In this document: positions 36,984 to 49,284 of the stretch, piece after piece | Position numbering within the stretch: the first letter of the stretch is position 1 | Layout: each line of letters starts with the position of its first letter | Origin: Ginglymostoma cirratum | Taxonomy: Eukaryota | Assembly: GCA_024137785.1 (NCBI GenBank) | Contig: JAHRHZ010000029.1 | Location: 11,825,812 to 11,889,811, forward strand | Direction: 5' to 3' | Length of the DNA: 64,000 bases | The notes under the pieces: generated by a model | What the model was told of the DNA's origin: nothing | The model's input: only the letters and a program-made list of their open reading frames with translations | Databases searched by the model: none | Program-made: the position numbers and the translations under genes

Positions 36984-38206
36984 AATTTCTTCTTAAAATT
37001 TGCTCACTTAGATTTGCCTAAAAAGACCCACACTTACCTCAAATCCAGTGTTTGTAGACTGAATTCTGCTGAGACCTATGCTGAGTGAAGTTAAAAACTG
37101 CATTCTATATTGAAAGGCCAGAAAGAAGATGCTCTTAAAAAAAATGAAAACAAACTACCCTTTCCTTACCTACAATTTTTAATTTTATGCATGCGAAAGA
37201 GAAAAAGAAGTAATATTTAAAATCTTAAAAATCCAGCACTTAGCTGAAACTCCCAGCAAACAAAAACAACCTCCTCCTCAAATCCTCTGTCAGTCAGCTC
37301 TCTAATCTCCGAATCCGAATAAAGGAATGTCAATCTCTGATCCCCAATTTTATTGAAACCGCTAACGTCAAAACCTCAACAAACACTTTGAAAAGATCAA
37401 TCTTCCGAGTTCCACACAAAGAAAAACATCTCTCTCTGGAGCCTTAGATACCTCAACGAACATGCGGACGGGCCTCTCTCACAAACTCTGTGTAATCCAA
37501 TGTCTCCTTCCTGACAGTGTTTTTGGATTATGAAAGTTCCAAAAATAATTTTAAACGAAAAAATTTCTGCTTCTGCTGTAGAAAAGCCAGAGGAAAATCA
37601 CAAGAAAAACCTCAAACTCAGCAGCAGTACAAGATCCATACTACTGTCCTTCCACCTTTTTGTTTGATGCTGGCAAATGGGACTGTATAACTCGCTGGTC
37701 ATTCTCAGCTCATCAGCATGCAAACACTTCCCTTTGACTGCCTGTCACCTGCAGACGGATCAACCTGGAAAGTGTTGAGTATGAGAAATCCGCTGTCATT
37801 CCCATCAGCAGTATAACACCTCCACTTTGTGCCACCCTGTCTTTCTCCATTCACCTCTGCAGCACACAGCAATCGCAGTGGGTCTGCTGGCCACCCTCCA
37901 GTTCCTTGGACAGCAGTCCCAGAGATGTTTTCTTAATGGGAAGATTGTCCCATTCCCCAACTTCACAACCTGGAAATCAGACTGAAGACTTGAGCAAAAA
38001 ATTTGAGCTTGCAACTTTCGAGTGACACAACTTATAATACAAGCAAGGTTTTTTTTGGTGATTAACTGAACATTAACTGTGTTTGAATCCTGTTAGAAGC
38101 ATATCAAGACTTCTTTTCCATGTCCTCATCTACCAGCTGTTCTGCTTTTCATATAAATAGTTTTGAATATCACAGTGTGATGTACAGTTATGTGTACCCT
38201 TGGCAG

Positions 38207-38260
38207 TGAAAAACAGTGTGTTTAAATATTCCTTGAAAAACAGTGTGTTTAAATATTCCT
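38207..38260. repeat. Perfect 27-bp tandem duplication
   Basis: tgaaaaacagtgtgtttaaatattcct at 38207-38233 and 38234-38260. Confidence 0.95.
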
Positions 38261-38299
38261 ATACATATGCACATAAGTTTGAAATTTAAATTCTTGTTT

Positions 38300-38590
38300 T
38301 CAGATCACACCATGGCCTTGTCCGAACCTATCTCTCCAGCTCTACAGCCCCCTGTGATCATTACAATCCTTCAATTGTAGCTTCTTCTTCATCTTTGATC
38401 TCTTTTACCACCCCACCATTGGCAGGCATATCTTCAGATGCCTCAAGCTATGCCCCCTCTATATCTCCAACCCTATTCATTTTTCTTTCCTCTTTTAGGA
38501 CACTGTTTAAACCTTGCCTTTGTGATGTAGCTAATATCCCCTTACATGGCTTGATGCCAAAATTAATTTGATAACCCTCCCAGAAAGTCT
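38300..38590 (+). mobile_element. L2 LINE 3' fragment
   Basis: tttaaattcttgttttcagatcac..catggccttg..cctatctc (FKI.VF...HGL.P.YL) L2-type C-terminus. Confidence 0.6.
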
Positions 38591-39129
38591 GATCCTGAGT
38601 GTTTACAGCAGAGAAACAGACGATTTGTTCCAGTGTTCATTTCAGTGTTTATGTTCTGCATAAATCGCCTCCCTGTCCTTCATCACCCTATCCTGCACAG
38701 TATATAGAACTATAGAATGGTTAGAGTGCAGAAAGAGGCCATTTGGCCCATCATGTCCACGCCAACTCTCCGTAAGAGCTACTCAGCTAGTCCACTCCTT
38801 TGATTTTTTTTAACAGTAGCATTGCATTTTTTCCCCTTTAGATCTATTTTACTGGGCCCTGATCTTTCATTTCAATCCATAAGGATTCTGTTTCTGTTAG
38901 TTCAGTGCCATTTTTTCAATTGGTGTTATAATATTACTAATAGCTTCTGCCACCCTCCCTTATTGTGTTGTAGGTATTTTCTAATGATCAGAGTGATGAT
39001 AATTCATACCTCTAAGGCAGATGGGACTTGAATCCAAGTCTTCTGGCTCAGTTAGGAACACCACCAGTGCACCACAAGAACCCCTGTTATTGTGTTACAT
39101 GGGATGCAGTGCTTGAGCTATCAAAAATG

Positions 39130-39530
39130 GCTAAACAGGTTAGAACTTTATTCATTAGAGTTTAGAAGTATGAACCATAGAAGATTCTGAAGGGGCTCGA
39201 CAGTGTAGATGTTGAGAAGATGTTTCTATGAGTGTTGGAATCTTGAACTAGGGAACATAGTTACAACATGAAAAAAATACTGAGATGTGAAGGAATTTCT
39301 TCTCCCTGAGGATACTGAATGCTTGGAGCCCAGTGAGTTGTGGAGGCTGGATCATTGGAAATATTTAAAGAGGAGTTTAGATAGCTGTTTGAAATATCAA
39401 GAAATTGAGGGCTATGACAAGCTGTTAAATAAAAGAACTTGAAGCCTTGCACTGGTCAACCGTGATCTTATCAAATGTGGGAGAGGTGTTAGGGGCTGAA
39501 TAAACCACACCAGCTTCTGTTTCTTGAATT
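39130..39530 (+). mobile_element. CR1 LINE 3' end
   Basis: LNRLELYSLEFR..KILKGLD.VD.EKMF..IFKEE.D remnants. Confidence 0.75.
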
Positions 39531-39639
39531 CTAAGCTTTTAGCTGCTGATCTTGTCCTTCCTGTAGGCATTCTCAATTGACCCTGTTGCCTCTTGGAATA
39601 TTTTACTTTGTTTAGGATAGGATAGAATAGAATACATAC

Positions 39640-39710
39640 ACACTTTTCATTGTATTTTATACTGAACACATATGACAATAAAGGATATTCCATTCTATTC
39701 TATTCTATTT
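39640..39710 (+). mobile_element. 3' tail of a non-LTR-derived element ending in (TATTC)n
   Basis: cttttcattgta...catatgacaataaaggatattccattctattctattctatt, similar to the reverse complement of 53790-53850. Confidence 0.5.
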
Positions 39711-40419
39711 GGTTAAAAGTACTTTATAAATGTATTCTGTTCTGGCTTTAAGTGAACTTCAACCATGAATCTGTTATTAAAAAATTAAAAACTGCAACTT
39801 TCAGGATTAGCTGCATGGCCAAACTGGGTTATCACATTGTATTTTCATCATCCATACTAGTGGATCACATGCCCTTGACAAACACTGAATTTTCTATTGC
39901 AGGAAATATTGCTGTTTGGTAAAATAAATGTAATAACTGCATTGTCTTTATTTTGGCATAAAATGTCTTTCTCACCCCTAATGCCTGGATGAATGCACTG
40001 TAGGTGACAGCTTTCCTGTTTGTTCATTGCAAGAGTTGAGATTTTACTCACCTCAATCATTCATGGAGGGCATGAACTCGTGCTACAAAAACTGGCATGA
40101 ATTCTACACAGATTGAGACAAAATTTACATTCTGGCTGAAAAATCAAGTTGCATTTAAGATGGAAAATAGAAAGAACAGACTAACTCCACATGAGTCAGT
40201 CTACTGAAGCAGTGACTTGTTCCATTAAAACGGTAGGAGATTTTAAAGATAAAGGATAAAATATCGGTCAGAATGTTACCTCCGGACCTGCAAATTCACT
40301 TGTAAGAAGAACAGTGCTGACTTCCAGCAGGCACGTTTTAACATAATATAATTGCACACTTCTGATGCTGTATGCAATTTATTTTTGTCTATGTTGGAGA
40401 CAAAGTATCTTCTCCAATT

Positions 40420-40980
40420 TGAGGATACCCTCCATTGCATTGCCACTATGCTGATTGAGATAGATTTTGAACAGATCTAGCAACTAAGGGCCTGAGATCC
40501 ATGAGGCACTGTGGTTCATCAGCAGCAGCAGAATCATTCTCCAACACAATCTGCAACCTCTTGGCCCAGCGTATCCTCCACTCTACCATTACCATCAAAT
40601 TAAGGCATTGACCCTAATTCAATAAGGAGTGCAAGAGGGCATGACAGGAGCAGCACCGGGTGTATCTAAAAATCAGGTGTCAACCTGGTGAAGCTACTGT
40701 ACAGGACTACTTGCATAAGCAGCATAAGCAATAAGTGATAGGGCTAAGCAAGTTCACGACCAACAGAATCAGATATAAGCACTGCAGGTCTTGTCACATC
40801 CGGTGGTGGTAGACAATTAGCCAACTCACTGAAGGAAGTACCTCCACAACCCAACACATCAGTACAAAAGATAAGGCTGAACTATTTGCAACAGCATTCA
40901 ACCTGAAATGCCATGTGAATGATTCATCCTGGCCTCTTCTGGAGGTTCTTAGCGTCAGCGATGCCAGTCTTCAGCCAGCT
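40420..40980 (+). mobile_element. Internal ORF2 fragment (EN-RT linker) of a CR1/L2-group LINE
   Basis: STITIK..P.FNKEC.RA.QEQH..YLK..CQPGEAT.QDYL..WW.TI.QL..KDKAELFA..F pattern. Confidence 0.65.
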
Positions 40981-41777
40981 ATCAAAGTAGCCAGTCCAGC
41001 AATGGACACCGCAATGACAAATCAAGCTGACAGAAAAAGATCATGATGTTGGGAACTATATGATAAGTAATTTCAAAAGATGTTGCCAACTTATGCTAAA
41101 CCATAGGTTATACATTCTTTCAAAGCAGAAAGTGCTGATGAGGCTTTATTTTTAAAATATAGGTAATCGTTAAATACTGTGGTTTCCAGGTTGTCTAGTT
41201 TTTGGCAAGTTGCCAAGAGACCTAACAGCATTTTGGAAGCAGAACATTTTTCAGACGCATTGTACAATAGTGAAGTGCAGAGATGATAATGTAAAGATGC
41301 TCATAACTTTGATTTATTTGTCCTGAGGTACAACTCAGCCATCTCTTCAGATATTGCACAGCTTTGAAGGATAGCCGTTGTCCATAGCCATAATGGATTT
41401 AGCTCATGAGTGTTTGTTGACACAGTTGTTCAATGGACTTTAGTTATTGTCTCAATAAGGTTGATTTTCAAACCTACTTATAAGTTGCACTGAGTTTATG
41501 GGTCTGTGTGTTAACTTATAATCAACAGTAAGGATTGTGTCTTCCTCCACTCTTCTATATGAGTGCAAATTGAAAAGGGTATTGAGCTTTAGAACTCTTC
41601 AAGAAGAATTACCTCACAAAGGTTTTATAGGTGCCCTCAATTTTAGGTACCAACACCCACTGGTCAAAGGCAAGTCGATTTAGTTATTTAAATTCCAGAT
41701 ATGTTTGTTCAGATCATTTCTTGAAGGTTTGGAACTTTTGTATGAGTGCCTCTGACGCTGATTGACATGTATTTAAG

Positions 41778-41892
41778 AGATAGTAGGAACTGCAGATGCT
41801 GGAGAATCTGAGATAACAAGGTGTAGAGCTGGATGAAACACAGCAGGCCAAGCAGCATCAGAGGAGCAGGAAAGCTGACGTTTCGGGCCTAG
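41778..41892 (-). mobile_element. Family A Penelope pLTR fragment
   Basis: Near-identical reverse complement of 48495-48610; truncated within hammerhead stem II. Confidence 0.85.
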
Positions 41893-42787
41893 GAGTGTTT
41901 CCTTTTGCTGCCTCGGTCAGTAGAATTCTCCTCAATTGATAATAAAATACTGATAATAACCAAACTGAATTGTATAAAAATAAAATTATAATAAAATAAA
42001 ATAATCATACAATAATTTTATGTGCTATCTGTGCCACTCTACTCTGTAGTGGCAATCTCCATGCTGGTCTGTCCACTTTAATTCCTGTGTTAACTTTACA
42101 TACGAGATAAACAAGGTGTCCACCTCTTTCTTATTACATTTAGGGATTCAGTGTGCAAACTTGACTACTTCAGCCTTTAAGAGTTAGGCATGGTTTCCTC
42201 ACCTCTACTCTGCCTTCTCAAATTGAGCTGATTCAATGTGACTTCCCTTCGACTTTCCATTGTTTAGAATTCTCTTTCTTGCCTTTCTCTGCTTCCCTGT
42301 CCTGTAATAATTTCTCCTTTGTTTTATACTGTTGGAATTCTATTTCACATGTCTTTTGCTCATGTTTGAATTTATCGGCTTCATCATCCTTATTTTCAAG
42401 CAATAATTATTTGGCAATTTCTGATTCCCGGCTATCAGGTGGAACTCTGCACTCAAGTGCCTACATAACCCAGTTAATTCTTTGAAATTTAAGACTTTTA
42501 GTTTTTCATAAGTTCATCCATGCTGTTCAGTGAAATAATTAGTAAGCATTGATAACTTAGCACTTAGTGCAACCTTTTTGAAATTTCTCTTTCTTTTAAT
42601 AAACAACTTTTTGAACAAACAGTGCTTTTCTTCCAATCAGATTTTGCTGTTCGCCTGAGGAAACATCCCAAACAACCCCATGTGAGGTGGAAGAACCTGC
42701 TCCCATCTTTACACCACCCCTCGATCGATGGTAGCAAACGTTTTCATTTTCTTTTTAGCACTCTGGTATCTCACTTTAATTAAATGC

Positions 42788-42952
42788 CACATGACCCCAG
42801 GTTATAGTCCAACAAGTTTATTTAAAATCTCAAGCTTTCAGAGCACTGCTCCTTCATCAGGTGACTTTTAAATAAACCCGTTGGACTATAACCTGGTGTC
42901 ATTTGACTTTTGATTTTGTCCACTCCAGTCCAACACTGGCATCTCCACATCA
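42788..42952. mobile_element. Palindromic Penelope-type pLTR unit (family C) with minus-strand hammerhead motif
   Basis: ccaggttatagtccaacaagtttatttaaaa (42797-42827) is inverted at 42866-42896; the minus strand reads CTGATGA-A-GGAGCAGTGCTCT-GAAA-GCTT. Confidence 0.75.
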
Positions 42953-45904
42953 AAATTAGAATGCAGTTAACTAACTCTCAATGAAGAAGCCAGTTCCAAG
43001 GTTTTCTTGAATGTAAGCAAGCGGAATTTTATTACTTATCAACCCCTCCAAAAAAAAAGGAACATCAAAAATACACATGAAACCAAGGAAGTTTAAAAAG
43101 AGGGGTGAGAGTATCCAGGTAAAGACAATTGCGGTTACAGTTGTTAAAGTCTTTGGGCTGTGAGAATGACCTGAGTCCCAATTCTTTAGCTGCCATCTTA
43201 TTTCTTTAATAGTAGTAAAGTTTAGACATATCCTTGAGATCATGGTGAATGGTTGTTTTTCAAAGTTGCTTTTCCACAGGGCCCTTTTTTATGTTAAGAG
43301 AGGCAGGGATTAAAAACTGTGCAATGTCTTTGCTGTTGTCAGTTCATATTTCTTCTCCATACCTTTGCTACTAAAAGCAACTGTTGATATTCCTGAGACA
43401 GCTCCATTGTCCTGCCAAGTTGATTAATTGCAGGCACCCTTTTGATTCCGAGTGTGTGCAATTTATGACAGTTGTATTTACTAAGCAGGAATTTTCTTAA
43501 CCCAGATTCAATTACCTATCTTCAGACTTAGGAAAGCATGGTAATCTCATTCCTGAGAGGCTTCAGATTAGTCCATATCGGTAAACAAGACTTGCTGCAT
43601 TCTGTGGTCAGGTGATCACAGCAGCCATTTTAGGCCTTTTGTGTTTGGTCTTTTTTAAAAACAAAGAATGTTTCGGGGACTAAAATCAGCTGACGGAAGT
43701 TGACTATTTGTATTTTATGCTTACTATTATCTTAACACTTTACATAGTAACAAAATAATCATGTACAAATGGGTTAAATGTTTATCCATTACCATTGCCA
43801 GTAGTTTCCAAACCAAAGTCTATCTTTTTTCATCCACTAGAATAAAGATTCCACTTGTAAACTGTAGTGCACCTTGGGTATGCAAAACAATTCTTAATGA
43901 TCAGTACCTGAATTAACATATATTTGAACAACTTATTGTACATTTAATTATCGCACTTCCAGTTTGGTAGTGGCTTGTTACATGTTGCTATAAGTGTAGT
44001 TTTAAGTTTTATTATTTTTAACCTACCATAAGTGGAATTCACGTCTGGTTGGTTAAAACAAATATACAGCTATGTCAGGAAAGGAGGGAAGGGTCAGGTC
44101 TGCTTTTCTAGTCCAGACTTTTTGTTAGAATTGGAATACGAGCAAACCTCATTCTTGGACAGAAAAAAAGTGGCAGGAGAGTTTGTAATAGTCCAAATTT
44201 TACAAGCCATTATCTATACTTACTTCATTAAAGTTTCTTTGATGACTCAGATGAAAATCCATTGACTCCCAAAAATACTTATAACCTACTTCTCCCAATT
44301 CCATCCATCTGCTTTCGTGACTTCAGCACTGGAATTCATTATTATACACTTAACATCTCTTCTTGCCTTATCCATTCCTCCTCCCTGTGCTGGTTTGATC
44401 CTTATCTTCCTACTTCCATTTCTGATTGTCTGCAGCTGAAATGTTCACTTACATTTTCTCTTTTCAGAACCTGACTCACCTGCTAAGTAGTTCCATCATG
44501 ATCTCCCCTTTCAATTTCCAGTAATCATATTTATTCCTTTTCACAGCTTCCTATCAAGCTGGTTATGATCATTTTCAGCTCTTTCTCTTGCAGAATTTGC
44601 TCTTTTCTTGAATCTGAGGCAGTGTAATTTTTGAGGAATACTTTTGTTTGAAAAATGTGCAGCCATAGTTACCCTAAATGGTTGATACATTGTATCCGGC
44701 TCAAAGTTTCATTAGGAGAGCAGTGGATTGACATAACAGTTCAGGTTTGATCTGATTACAAGAAGAAAATGGTATCTTAGAAATAAGCTAGAAGGGACCA
44801 CCTATTGTGATATGTCATATAATTATTTCCTTAAAACCTGTTTCCTTAACCAAGCTTTAGTTCACATGTCTTCCGACGCTGCTAAATACCACTGTGAATT
44901 GCCTCGGAGCATTAGGATTCATGTAAAAATGTTTGTTGTTTTTGCTGTTTGGCCCTTGATTGTAAGACAACTGGTTTTTGAACACAAGATCTGAATGTCA
45001 TTTGGAAATGTGCCTTCGTGTTATTGTTCTTCCTGTAAACTTCAGTCTAATCGAGAGATAGAGCAAAAATAAATTCCTGGAGTTAGACTTATTGACTTTG
45101 ACGGAAGAGATAATGTTATTGGTAAAGGATAACAGTGTGAACATGGCGCTTGCCATATGGATATAAATTGGAATCAATGGATCATGAGTAAAATGGTGCC
45201 TGTGCAGTTCAAAACTCTCCAGTTAAACTCACTGAGCACCAAGGGAGATTGAGATGTATCTTACATAGTACAGAATCAACAAGTTGCAAAGGCTCAGAAT
45301 CATGCATTCATCTACTGCATGCATTTAGTTAAGTATTTTGTTCATGGGATGTATATTTTTGGCTCCGTTAACTCAATTATGGTACACAGGGATTAGATGC
45401 AGCTACAAAAACAGCTGCACACACAAATAATACTTTCTTTTTGAAGGCCTGCTGGTTTGTCATCCAGCATAGGCTAAGCGAGAATTCAAATCACACCATT
45501 TAAGGATGAGTATGCTGTGTGATTTATTCAGATATGCACTTAATTGTCAGCTTTTTGAACTGAATTGTCAATTATGTAAATTTGCCCTGACTCCAGTTAC
45601 AGTAATCAGCTTCCTTCTTTTCAATACCTCAGAGTATATCTAAGCTTTCGCACAAAGAAGAGTATTCCAACAAACTTTGGAGTGATTCTATCAGAAACCT
45701 GGCCAGACTCTCCTGTAATTGGTAAGAATATAAAGGAAAACATTGTTTTTATAAATTAAATATATAACATATTGAACATATCCAATAAGCAAGAAATTAG
45801 TATTGTCCAAGATCCAACAGGTAACAATAGAAAGAATTATGGTACACTGAAGTGTATTTGACACATCATGTCATTGCTAGCTCTTTGTATAAACGATCAG
45901 TTTG

Positions 45905-46130
45905 TCTCAATTTGAACCTGGGCCTCCCAGACCAAGAGTTAGGACAAAGCTACTGAGCCACAAGAGGGCCATCTATCATATATTCAGTTTTTTAATTCTT
46001 TTACAATTTTTCCTCTAACAATTTTGTCTAATCAATCTGTCAGAGATGTTATTACACACCTCTGGAGCAGGTGGGACTTGCACCCAGGTCTCTCGGTCCA
46101 GGCATAGGGCCACTAACACTGCACCATCAG
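45905..46130 (-). repeat. Tandem tRNA-like (SINE-head) units
   Basis: Two units whose minus strand reads gtggctcagtag/ggtgcagtgttag (A box) ... ctgggttcaa/ctgggtgcaag (B box); more units at 47855-47953 and ~38990-39085. Confidence 0.6.
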
Positions 46131-46185
46131 ACAATACGATGGCTTTAAGTGGTGTACTTCGTCTTAGGTTTTTTTTTGAAGAGTA

Positions 46186-47798
46186 GTTTTATGCCATAGG
46201 TATTGAGCTGCCTGGTCCAAGCCAATAAAGTAAATAACTTGTGAGGCCTTCGGTTTATTTTTAAAGTTGGAACAATAGAAGTAGCCTGAATAGGTGGATT
46301 CAGGCACCCCCAGAACCAGGGTTTTAGTTTAGTTATCAGTAGTTGCTGGGTTTTTGAAGCTGGGTGTGGAAGCGGCTACATTTCTCTCGCTGTTACAGCG
46401 GAAAACTTAGGTCCCCATTGTGCTGCCAGAATCGAATGTGAGACAATCTGTTTTACAGTCTTTGCCTTTGCCAAGGGTGTGTTTATCGGATGTTACTAGA
46501 TTGGAACAGTTGCTGTTTAGTAGTTAAATAATCTGTTATTTTGTTGGGCTTTCCAATAGTGTTAAACTTACACCAATGCTTTTTTCCTTAGTTTGCATTT
46601 CAACTGGGCTAAGAATAAAGTATTCAGCCTGGAGCTCGGTGAGCAGTGGTGTTCCGCAGGGATCTGTTCTGGGACCTCTGCTGTTTGTGATCTTTATAAA
46701 TGACTTAGATGAGGAAGTGGAAGGGTGGGTTAGTAAGTTTGCCGATGACGTGAAGGTTGGTGGAGTTGTGGACAGCGTGAAGGGCTGTTGTAGGTTGCAA
46801 CGGGATATTGACAGGATGCAGAGCTGGGCAAAGAAGCAGCAGATGGAATTCAACCCAGAAAAGTGTGATGTTAGTCGTTTTGGAAAGCCGAATTTGAATG
46901 TAAGCTAATGGAGGATTCTCGACAGTGTGGAGGAACAGAGGGATCTTTGGGTCCACGTCCAGAGAACCTTCAAAGTCGCTACCCAAGTTGATAGGATTGT
47001 AAAAAATGCATATGGTACGTTGGCTTTCATTGGCAGGGGAATTGAGTTTAAGAGCCGCACTGTAAGGTTATGCTGCAGCTCTATAAAACTCTGGTTAGAC
47101 CACACTTGGAATATTGTGCTCAGTTCTGTTCATCTCATTATAGGAAAGATGTGGAAGCTTTAGCGAGGGTGCAGAGGAGATTTACCAGGATGCTGCCTGG
47201 ACTGGAGGGCAGGTCTTATGAGGGAAGGTTGAAGTGGCTAGGGTTTTTTTCATTGGAGTGAAGAAGAATAAGAGGTGACTTGGTAGAGGTTTACAAGATG
47301 ATGAGAGGCATAGATGGAGTGGATAGTCAGAAACTTTTCCCCAGGGCAGAAATGACTATTACAAGGGAGCATAATTTTTAGATGATTGGAGGAAGGTATA
47401 GGGGAGATGAGAGAGGTAGGTTCTTCACACAGAGAGTGGTGGGCGTGTGGAATGCGCTGCTGGCAGTGGTAGTGGAGTCAGATACTTTAGAGACTTTTAA
47501 GTGACTCTTGGACAGACACATGAAGGATAGTAAAATGTAGGGTATGCAGGGTAGATTGACCTTAGTAGGATAATAGGTCGGCACAACATTGTTGGCTGAA
47601 GGGCCTGTGCTGTGCTGTACTGTTCTATGTTCTATGTTCCATGTTCTAAAGTGTGTTTTGCTTAAAGTCGGGTTGTGTGACCAATGAAATTACGTTTAGA
47701 ACACAGTATTTTACACTTGCCTTTAAATAAGACAAAAGTTACAGACTTAGCTATCTCCTTGATATATTTGCAGGGGGAGGGTTGGTCTTGTCCACAGC
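46186..47798 (+). mobile_element. LTR-like element split by a CR1 insertion
   Basis: Left part ends gaataaagt and right part resumes taaagtgtgttttgc (taaagt duplicated); ends gtccacagca. Confidence 0.45.
46622..47646 (+). mobile_element. 5'-truncated, relatively young CR1 LINE (RT domains 4-7 to tail)
   Basis: SGVPQGSVLGPLLFVIFINDLD..SKFADD.K (ORF 46576-46908), LYKTLVRPHLEYC.QF..YRKDV, and a (TGTTCTA)n tail. Confidence 0.93.
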
Positions 47799-48130
47799 AA
47801 CCACATTAGGGCCCCTCTTCAATCATGTTTTTACCTATTTTTCTAATCACACTGTTCAGAGGTATTATTGTACACTTCTGAATTAGGTGGTTCTTGAACC
47901 TGGGTCTCCTAGCTTGAAGGCAGGGACGCTACTACTGCACCACAAGAACCCCTTCAAGCATGTTTTCATGTAGTGCGGTCTAAATCATAACACTTGGCTG
48001 AGTTAAAAAAGCTTCTTCTCTGCTCTCCTCTTGCCTTTTTTAAAAGTGTTTGAAAGTTTTCATAAATAAATGTAACTGGTATTATTTCTTTACATATTAA
48101 TTTATTGTTCAAACCTAAAACTAGTTAAAT

Positions 48131-48612
48131 GTGGATTTCACAAGCTTCAAAATCTCCCCTCCCCCAACCGCATCCCAAAACCAGCCCAGCTCATCTCCGC
48201 CTCCCTAACCTGTCCTTCCTCTCACCTATCCCCTCCTCCTACCTCGAGCCCCACCCCCATCTCCTATCTACTAACCTCATCCCGCCCCCTTGACCTGACC
48301 GTCCTCCCTGGACTGACCTATCTCCTCCCTACCCCCCCACCTACACTCACCTTTACTGGCTCCATCCCCGCCTCTTCGACTTGTCTGCCTCCTCTCCACC
48401 TATCCTCTCCTCTATCCATCTTCTATCTGCCTCCCCCTCTCTACCTATTTATTTCAGAACCCTCTTCCCCTCCCCCATTTCTGATGAAGGGTCGAGGCCC
48501 GAAACGTCAAGCTTTCCTGCTCCTATGATGCTGCTTGGCCTGCTGTGTTCATCCAGCTCCACACCTTGTTATCTCAGATTCTCCAGCATCTGCAGTACCT
48601 ATTATCTCTGAT
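48131..48612 (+). mobile_element. 5'-truncated family A Penelope element with 11-bp TSD
   Basis: Closely parallels 10838-11283; actagttaaat at 48120-48130 and 48613-48623. Confidence 0.92.
48478..48511 (+). ncRNA. Minimal type I hammerhead ribozyme motif within a Penelope pLTR
   Basis: ttt-CTGATGA-a-GGGT(cgag)GCCC-GAAA-C-GTC-aag: complete core, 4-bp stem II, palindromic ACGT stem III; predicted cleavage after C48508. Confidence 0.75.
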
Positions 48613-49284
48613 ACTAGTTAAATATGTACCATTTAGTCATCTGAAAAAAGAAGACTTTGACATGTATAGATCCTGTCACAGCTTCAGCCAATGAAGGGCT
48701 TGAGGCTTAATCATTGTTTCATTATTGTTAAAACAAGATAGCCATTGGTACACAGCCATGAGACAAATAACTAGATAATGTATTTTAAGTGTTGGTTGAG
48801 GATTAGATATTAAGAAGGATTTCAAAGATATCCAGGAAACAAAAAGTATGTAAATTAACCATAGCAAAGACCTTTTCTTTGTTCTCCTGGCTGTGCGCTT
48901 TAATTTACTTGGATCTTGGGAAAGTACACACACTGTCATTTATATAGGGAGTGAGGGGTCATCTTCTAAATGTAATCTGAAACACAGAAGCCAAATCAAA
49001 ATATAAAGTTAAAAAATGGTAAATTACACCAAAATGTATCAGCAAGAACAAAGTTAAGAATAATAGCTGCTTTTCAATAGCTCAAGGAACTGAGGGAAGA
49101 GACTGGAGTGATAGAACTGGGGTAAATGAAAGGGAAGAGTGAATGTACAAGGTATTTTGTAGGGGGTAACAATTAATTAGCTACTTATGCTGACCATTGT
49201 TCATGACAATGAACACTGCATAAGTTTTGTGTTTATTAATCAGTGGTCCAACAGAGCGTCCACCAGTATGCTCACAGCAATTAC

